This document shows, piece by piece, positions 57,170-64,000 of a stretch of DNA of 64,000 nt. The notes beneath the pieces were generated by a model. It was given only the letters and a program-made list of their open reading frames with translations, did not search any database and was not told the origin of the DNA. The stretch is taken from assembly GCA_001643675.2 (NCBI GenBank), contig LSRY02000010.1, forward strand, positions 1,178,001-1,242,000, given 5' to 3'. The stretch's first letter is position 1. Every line of letters starts with the position of its first letter. The translations under genes were made by a program, and so were the position numbers. Origin of the DNA: Monocercomonoides exilis PA203 (taxonomy: Eukaryota > Protista > Preaxostyla).

Positions 57170-60100
57170 TCTTCTTCTTTTCTTCAAATAGCATTTCTTC
57201 AATCATATCAACAAGCTCTTCAAAACCTTCAATTTCTTTTGCCACTCCCATTTCTCCTTTTTCATCCGCTGCAGACGCACTTATTTCATAGATTTGTCCT
57301 TCGATTATTGATCTTCCTGAAACAACCGCTTTCTCTCTTTGTTTCATCTTCTGCGATATATTGAAGGCGCATGACATTATGCAATCTCTCGAAGATCATC
57401 CACATAATCGTTCGTTCCAAATAACGTTTTCTACTCTGCTCCTTTTGTTTTCTGTGAATTCTTTCAATCTCAAAATGAATTATGCAGAGGCAACCTTCAT
57501 GGATTGTGCACCCGATGATCGGCTTTTCTTGGTTTGATATTGAATCACTTCCGTTGACATATAATTTCAGCTGATATTCTGCGATAGAATAAATAATCCT
57601 TTTGTTCTTCCGAAAAGAAAATGAAAGATGACGCTTGGCCCTGAATTCGATGAGAATTTGAATGAAATGGAAATGACATTTTTTTTGTTGTTCGTTGAAG
57701 AAGGTTGATGAAAAATAAGGAGTTGAAGGAGAAAATGAAGACAATACAAAAGGATATAAAGGATGAAGTTGCGATTGATAAAAATCATGTGGTATATAAA
57801 TATTATCATTAATCTGGTTGCTCCTTCGTCTTTGTATTAATCTTGCTCTTCTGTCTGTTCGACTGTTCATCAAGCACAATGAAGCACTATCGCCCTGACT
57901 GCATATGGCAAATGTATTACTTTGATTCAATCTCTGCTGTTCTTGTTCCATTGTCTTTCCAGTTCAATCATCACTTTCATCATCTATTTCCATATAACAT
58001 GAATCTTCATCAAATTCGATATCAGCACCGTCATCATCATTATCACTCTCGTTTTTGAATTACAAATTCATTTCGCTCATCAGGCGCATCCACCACACAA
58101 GTGAATGCGGATCAGAAAGAGACGAAGGAAAGCGTCTGTGAAGAGGTTGAAACATGTGCGGAACAAGTGGTAACTGTGTCGCCTTTGCAATTCGATTGAA
58201 GTCCCAAGGAGAAGAAGAGGTGGAAGACTGTGATAAATCAAGCAATGAATAAGAACAAGGTGATTTTGATGTCTCAGCCAACGAAGGTGATAAGGGCGAA
58301 GATGAATTAGTTTGAGAAGAGGGATGCATTAATGAATAACTTGAAGCGCCAAGCAGTCAAGAAACACAAAACTTTGGTGAAGAAAATGAAGTTTGACGGA
58401 AAATAGGGTGAACTTGTTGAATTTCAAATAAACACGAAGAAGTTTTGTCTATCTGTTCTTCATTCTTTTTCGTTTGAATTCTATCTTTCATTTTTGAATC
58501 AGAATCAGACTCATTCTCCGAATCATGCCTTTTCCAACTCTCTTTTTCATCGCGTTTTCTTTTTTCAATCTTTTCCTTCAGATTTTTGCTCAAAGAAAAT
58601 TGAGTAAGTTCTATTTCTTTCCTTTTCAGCTTTTCCATCAAAACAGTTCTGGCAACTGCTTCCTTTTGCCTCATTTGTCTGAAATACGTTGGATTCTTCT
58701 GCTTTAATTCTGCCCTCCGCTGCTTCATAGCTGTTGACACAACAAACATCAGCTCATTTTCTTCTTTGCTAAGATTAGACATCCCGTCTGCTTCCTCAAA
58801 ACGGCGTCGTCGAAGTAATTTTGGATTATTGTTTGAATATGAAAAAGAAGAAGATGGAGCGAATGAATCCTAATGTGGTGGAGTTGAAGTTATCGAATAG
58901 TCATTTTCTTGTCTCAGTCTTCTTTCTCTTCTCCATAACGCACGAGCACATCCAATCCTCTTTGGGAGCACGTCTTTTCTCTTCATCTTTTCTGTCGTGT
59001 CTGCCCATCTCCACATTCTCATTTGCCATCGATGGAGTAGTCAGTGCTCGTGGAACAACACCACTATCACACAAAGATGGGTGTGTTTGTGTCTCCACTC
59101 CCTGAAGAAGGAAGCGCAGAGTGGGGTCTTCGAGCGAAGGAGCAGACAGATCTCCGCATAGAATGATTGGATGGATGCGCTGGGCAATCGGCTGTGTGGA
59201 GGCAGAGTTGAGAACACGATCGCCTCATATCTTTTGTGGAAATTGCATCTCGTCTCTTTAAGTGTCACATCTCTGTTGATTCCCCGTGTGAGCTGCATCA
59301 GCTGCATGAGGCGGATGGAGCTGGCTGCTGAAGGAGAGATTGAAGAAGGAGAAAACGAAGAGGATGTTGACGAATATGGCTGTTGCTGTGTTTGAGAAAC
59401 AGATTGGTTTGGCAGGTCAAACAAAAGAGCATTCACAACGAATATCTTTTTTGAGGGGACGAAATGTCGCGTTGATGAAACAGCCTGCGATTGTTGAGAA
59501 AGAATGACCGTTTGTGTCCGAGTGAGTGGAAGACGCCTTCTGAACATCACACGAGACGATGAAGAGGAAGAGTGAATTGGGCAAATATGCTTTTGATGAT
59601 TTCTGCCTGTTGAATCTTTGTGATGATGATGATGACGATGATGACGGCGATGATGATGACTTCTTTGAATATTATCATCAGGAAAGTGTGAAGGCGAAGA
59701 TTGCATTTCTACCAATTGACCATCTTTTTCTTTTTTCGTTTCATCGTTTTGTCTATCTTCTTTTGTTCTCTCTGTTAATTCATCACTTTCTTTCTCCTTC
59801 TCTTCTTCTTCCTCTTCATCATCACTGTAACTTTCAGACTCAAACACTTCCTCGTTCTCCTTTGCACAGCCTCTCTCATCTCATTCCACGCATCCTGGTC
59901 AGCATCTTCATACACAAGCCACTCTTTTATCAGTTCACCCAGCCACATTTCTCTTCGCAGGCGCTGCGGCTTCGGTGACAGCATTGAAGCAGCTTTCTTT
60001 TTCTTTGCGGCTGCTTGCTGTTGAGAGGGAACAGGATACACAGGAAACGAATGCCTTGAACTGGAACGCGGAAGCATCGCATCTGAAATCAATGACCTCT

Positions 60101-62330
60101 TTTGAACAATAGCAGTTTCATTCACATTTTCAATAGGAAGATTTCCTGTTTGCTCTTTTGGTGAAACCTCTTTTCTGTTTGTTTCTGTCTTTTGTGCTTG
60201 TTCTTTCACCGTGTTGATTGCATCCAAAGGATCAAAAGCGATTTGCTCAGACGAAGAAAGGTGCAATTTGTTTGGAGTCGAAGGACTTTTCCCTCCTTCT
60301 AGGGCAAGCGGCCGAATAGCAGGAGGAGTTGAAGCAGAAGAAGCAGAGGTAATAACAGGAGATGAAGATGAAGACGATAAAGATGACGAAGAAGTTTGCT
60401 GAGTTACGGATTTTTCATTTTCCTTTGTTCGAATTGGAATGGACTGAGGTTGAATAGCGGGAGAAGAAGCACCCGAACTTGGTGAAGAGGTTGAAAGAGC
60501 TGGTGATTCTGAGTCTATTTTGTGATCCTTTTTGAGATGAGCATCCAAAGTCTTCAGGGCCAACAGAAGAAACTGAGTTCTTTCTTCTGTTGTGAGAAAT
60601 GAAGAAAGATGCCAACTACGAGAAAGATAGCGAAGAAAACAGCTTCGACAGAGCATCTCTTCTTCCAGGAACACTGCTCTGATTGAATGTTCTTATCCCT
60701 TTCTCCTTCTGAAACATCAAAGGTGATCCTTTCCCTGCTCATTTCATTCCCTTCCTGAGTGTCGCCTCTGCTTCCTCTTTGTATGGCCACCAGCCCCTCC
60801 ACTTCATCCCCCTTCCTCTTCTCAACTCCGCCCTGCTCTGCCTCAGACCACTCTTCAGCGCACTCATCAGATCCAGCTTCGCCCTTGTCTGCCTCGTATC
60901 GGCAACCGCAAACACAGGCACTTTTCGCATCTTCCACACAAATTGCACATTTTCCTCGCTTTTGATGCGAACATGGCGGCAAGGCACATCCAATTCATCG
61001 CTCAAATCTTCCAGGTCAGAATTAGCTACATCATTCAGCATTCAGTCCAATTTCCGCTCTCTTGTCAAGATTGGCGTTTGGCTTTCTTTCGCCTCTTGTT
61101 GCGCCTCGCTGGCCATTTTGTTCTCTTTCTGGTTTGTTGGCGTGCCTGTCTCAAGGTGTGGTTGTAGTATTCCTTGGATGCTGCTAAACAGATTCTTGTC
61201 TTTTTCTTCTTTCTCCATTTTCCTGCGCTCCCGCTCTTCTTTCTCCTTCTTCTTCTTCTGTATCTCCTGTTGTTTCATCAGCCGAAGCAGTTTTTCTCTC
61301 TGATCATCAGATTCCAATGAACAAAACGTGATCTTCGCTTCTTCATCGTCCACCTTCCCTTTCTCATTCTGAAACTCATCTTGCATCGCCCTTGTCACTT
61401 CTCTGTTGAAATTCTTCATCCCCATCACACCCAACGTCACCCCTCCTCCTCCTCCTCCTCCTCCTCCTCCAATTCCTCCTCCTATTCCAATTCCTATTCC
61501 TCCAACAGCAGGTGATAGCGGAGTTGTCGGTGCACCAACAGCCCCTCTCCCCATCTCCATCTCTTGGCTGTACACAATCAACGCTCTCCCTCCGACTCCT
61601 CTCCATCCGCCGTCCATTCGCTTCCCTCGCGTAAAGTGTATCGTTCCAAAGGCGCCTCTTCCTGAAGTATATTGCTTAGGCTGTGGAGAAGGTGATGGTG
61701 TTGGAGAGGTATTTGCTGTTGTGTTCTGTTGTTGTGGTTGTTGCTGCTGTTTTTGCTGAGCTTGCGATGAAAGAGGCTCTGGCTTTGGCTCATCTGAATG
61801 CGTTTCGTCTTTTTTGCCGTTTTGAATTGATTCTTTCGCGTTTGCATTCTTTTCTGCTTCTGTTTGATAGTCTTTCTTTTGAAGTCTTTCAACACTTTCC
61901 TGAGCTTCATTGTTTTCATTTCCTTTCTTTTTCATCGAAGCACTTTGTTTTGTTTCAGTGTCATTTGCATCATCATCGTATGCTCCTTCCTTTTCACTCA
62001 CATCGCTCTCCAAACTATCAGTTGATTCGTCATCTGATAGAATTCCCCCAACATTCACCACATTCTCATAGCTCATCAGCTTCAGAATATTCTCATCGTC
62101 TGCATTGTCCTCTTCATACAGCCATCCATCCCCTGAGCTTATGTTCCGTCAGTCTTCATCATCGAATTCTTCTCAACTTCTTCGGAACACTGTCAGAATC
62201 TTTCTTAGCTTCTTTCACTCCCAGCTCATCTTCATCTTTCTTGTTTTGTCTGTGGAGCTTATCCAATACTTTATAAAGTTCTTTTCTTCACTTTCCAATC
62301 TTTCACACAATGATTTTGTTCTGTGACATT
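57170..62330 (-). pseudogene. Large low-complexity protein gene relic with in-frame stops and frameshifts
   Basis: Collinear same-strand ORFs 61042..62076, 60739..61041, 59775..60674, 59041..59847, 58357..58782 and others are joined by an in-frame TGA (61042) and frame changes without AT-rich intron sequence. No recognisable domain. Confidence 0.55.
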
Positions 62331-63221
62331 TCATATTTCCGACACACTTCCTAATGAAGTGAAATGTTGATAATTTGATAATAATTTCAAATCACACATA
62401 AACAGCAATACAATAATTAATTTTTGAGTATTTTGCAAATTGATAATAAAAACAAACTTTGTCAAAAATGAACAAGAATTAATATAGTCACATTGAATAG
62501 TCTTTCTCTTTGTTTCATCAAAAATTGTCTATGTGCCAAACAAAATTACCAGTTTCTAAATAAATAGGTCAAAATTCTTATATTAATGAAAAATAACAAC
62601 GATTTGTAACAAACCTTTTATACAGCTTTGTCATTACAAGTCAGACGTCCTCACATATTAAATATATAGAATGACTGAAAAAAAATAAGAAAAATCTTCG
62701 AAGACAGTGCATGGGAAACAATTCATTTCACACAACACTTCATCCCAAATAAAAAATATGTTAAAAAACAAATTATTACCAACTTTTTCCACTAACAGAT
62801 TTTCAAAAAAAGCATCAGACATGTTTATTATTGTTATTTATTCACATTGAGCAAAATAGATCATGGTATTCTTAATGGCGCCATTAATAATAATTTGTAT
62901 TTTTTATGATCAAAAATTTCAAAAATTTTTCAAAATTTTTTATTTTTGTTTCATTTAATTTGTGAATATTATTGCTTTATTAATGCAAACATTTCATCAG
63001 AAATTGGTTTTGATTTTTTTATTGTATGATTAAAGGTGAAAAAAATTAATTTTACTCAAAGAAATATTTTATTGGTATTTTTTTTATTAAAAATGTTAAT
63101 TAAAAATGAAAAACAATTACAAAAAAAATAAATATTTATTCAATAAGTTGATAAAATGTTAATCCTGACTTCCATCCTTCCAATGATAAATTTTTCCAAT
63201 ACTGATTCCATTTATCAAATG

Positions 63222-64000
63222 CTAGCAGTGAAAAACCTCATCGTCGCATTCAAAGAAAATGCTTTTCTCTTCAATCAAATGCTTTTTATCCTTCACAACT
63301 GCAATGAAATGTCCATCTTTGAATTTTGATGTTGAATGAATCACAGTTCCACAAAGCTGATATTTTGCTGCAATCATATTATTGTCAGAGAAGAATTTCA
63401 GGGAAGTTTTTGCTTTCAAAGGATCAAAAAAGCAGATATCAAAAGGGCCATTTCCTTTTTCAGCAACAAACAGTTGAGTTGGAGGGGGATTGACTGATGA
63501 AGGTGTCAGATTGTTATGAAACACACACAAAACACAGGGAAAAGCATCAAGCCTGATCCATTTCAATTCAATTCTTCCAGTTGAACATTTTCCACACACC
63601 TGTTTCATTTGATCCTCCTCCTCTTTCACGACAGAAAAATAAGAATTTAAACCTTCAACAATATCAGCGTTTGATATTGGCACCTCCAACGTGATTCCCC
63701 TTGGCTTTGAAGTCAATTGATTACAAGACTGACATTTCATAAACTTGTGACTATGAAGTTGAAACTTTTTAATAACGCAATCATCCTCCTCCGACAATAA
63801 CTCCAGAAATTTTTCATATGTTGAAAGAGAACCTTTAGGTTCCGACAATGGTCCAAAATTATTCTCATGCATCTGAATCATTCTCTTCGTTCCCCAAAAG
63901 AATTTCTGAAAATCACACCCACTCAAACATTGCAGAACCAATTGAAGCGATTGTCGATCTGTTAAGTTTCTTTTGCTCGAAAAGCTCCTTCCCAAATCCA
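63222..64000 (-). CDS. USP/UCH (peptidase C19)-like domain, 5'-incomplete, catalytic Cys apparently missing
   Basis: VLQCL Cys-box remnant, CQSC/CGKC Zn pair, KYQLCGTVIH....GHFIAVVK His box and FFECDD. The ORF approaches the window edge. Confidence 0.6.
   Translation of the reverse strand, partial: DLGRSFSSKRNLTDRQSLQLVLQCLSGCDFQKFFWGTKRMIQMHENNFGPLSEPKGSLSTYEKFLELLSEEDDCVIKKFQLHSHKFMKCQSCNQLTSKPRGITLEVPISNADIVEGLNSYFSVVKEEEDQMKQVCGKCSTGRIELKWIRLDAFPCVLCVFHNNLTPSSVNPPPTQLFVAEKGNGPFDICFFDPLKAKTSLKFFSDNNMIAAKYQLCGTVIHSTSKFKDGHFIAVVKDKKHLIEEKSIFFECDDEVFHC

Overview
AT-rich, intron-rich eukaryotic (protist) DNA read in the standard genetic code. Gene style and the giant receptor family suggest an oxymonad such as Monocercomonoides, which is an inference. 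Two intact housekeeping blocks are present. The first (8.3-20.2 kb) holds a PZP/PHD chromatin protein, RAD51C, a transmembrane thioredoxin/PDI, a small secreted Cys-rich protein and TRM1. The second (34.2-44.5 kb) holds an NAA25/MDM20-like protein, a Spg1/Tem1 GTPase and a kinesin. The second block is enclosed by two ~9.5 kb inverted arms, each carrying an intronless ~2.6-2.7 kaa receptor-like gene (signal peptide, beta-helix-type repeats, one TM helix, C-lobe-only pseudokinase). The two genes are a patchwork of near-identical and strongly diverged tracts, two further family fragments lie at ~7 kb and ~56.9 kb, and a foldback/MITE element sits at the outer end of each arm. This is the best candidate for an undescribed recombination-based receptor diversification system. 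Both window ends are decayed: a Merlin/ISXO2 and a pogo transposase pseudogene, frameshifted gene relics and a Cys-less USP-like ORF. Splicing oddities include a dominant GTTTG donor, a GC-AG intron and a predicted 4-nt micro-exon.
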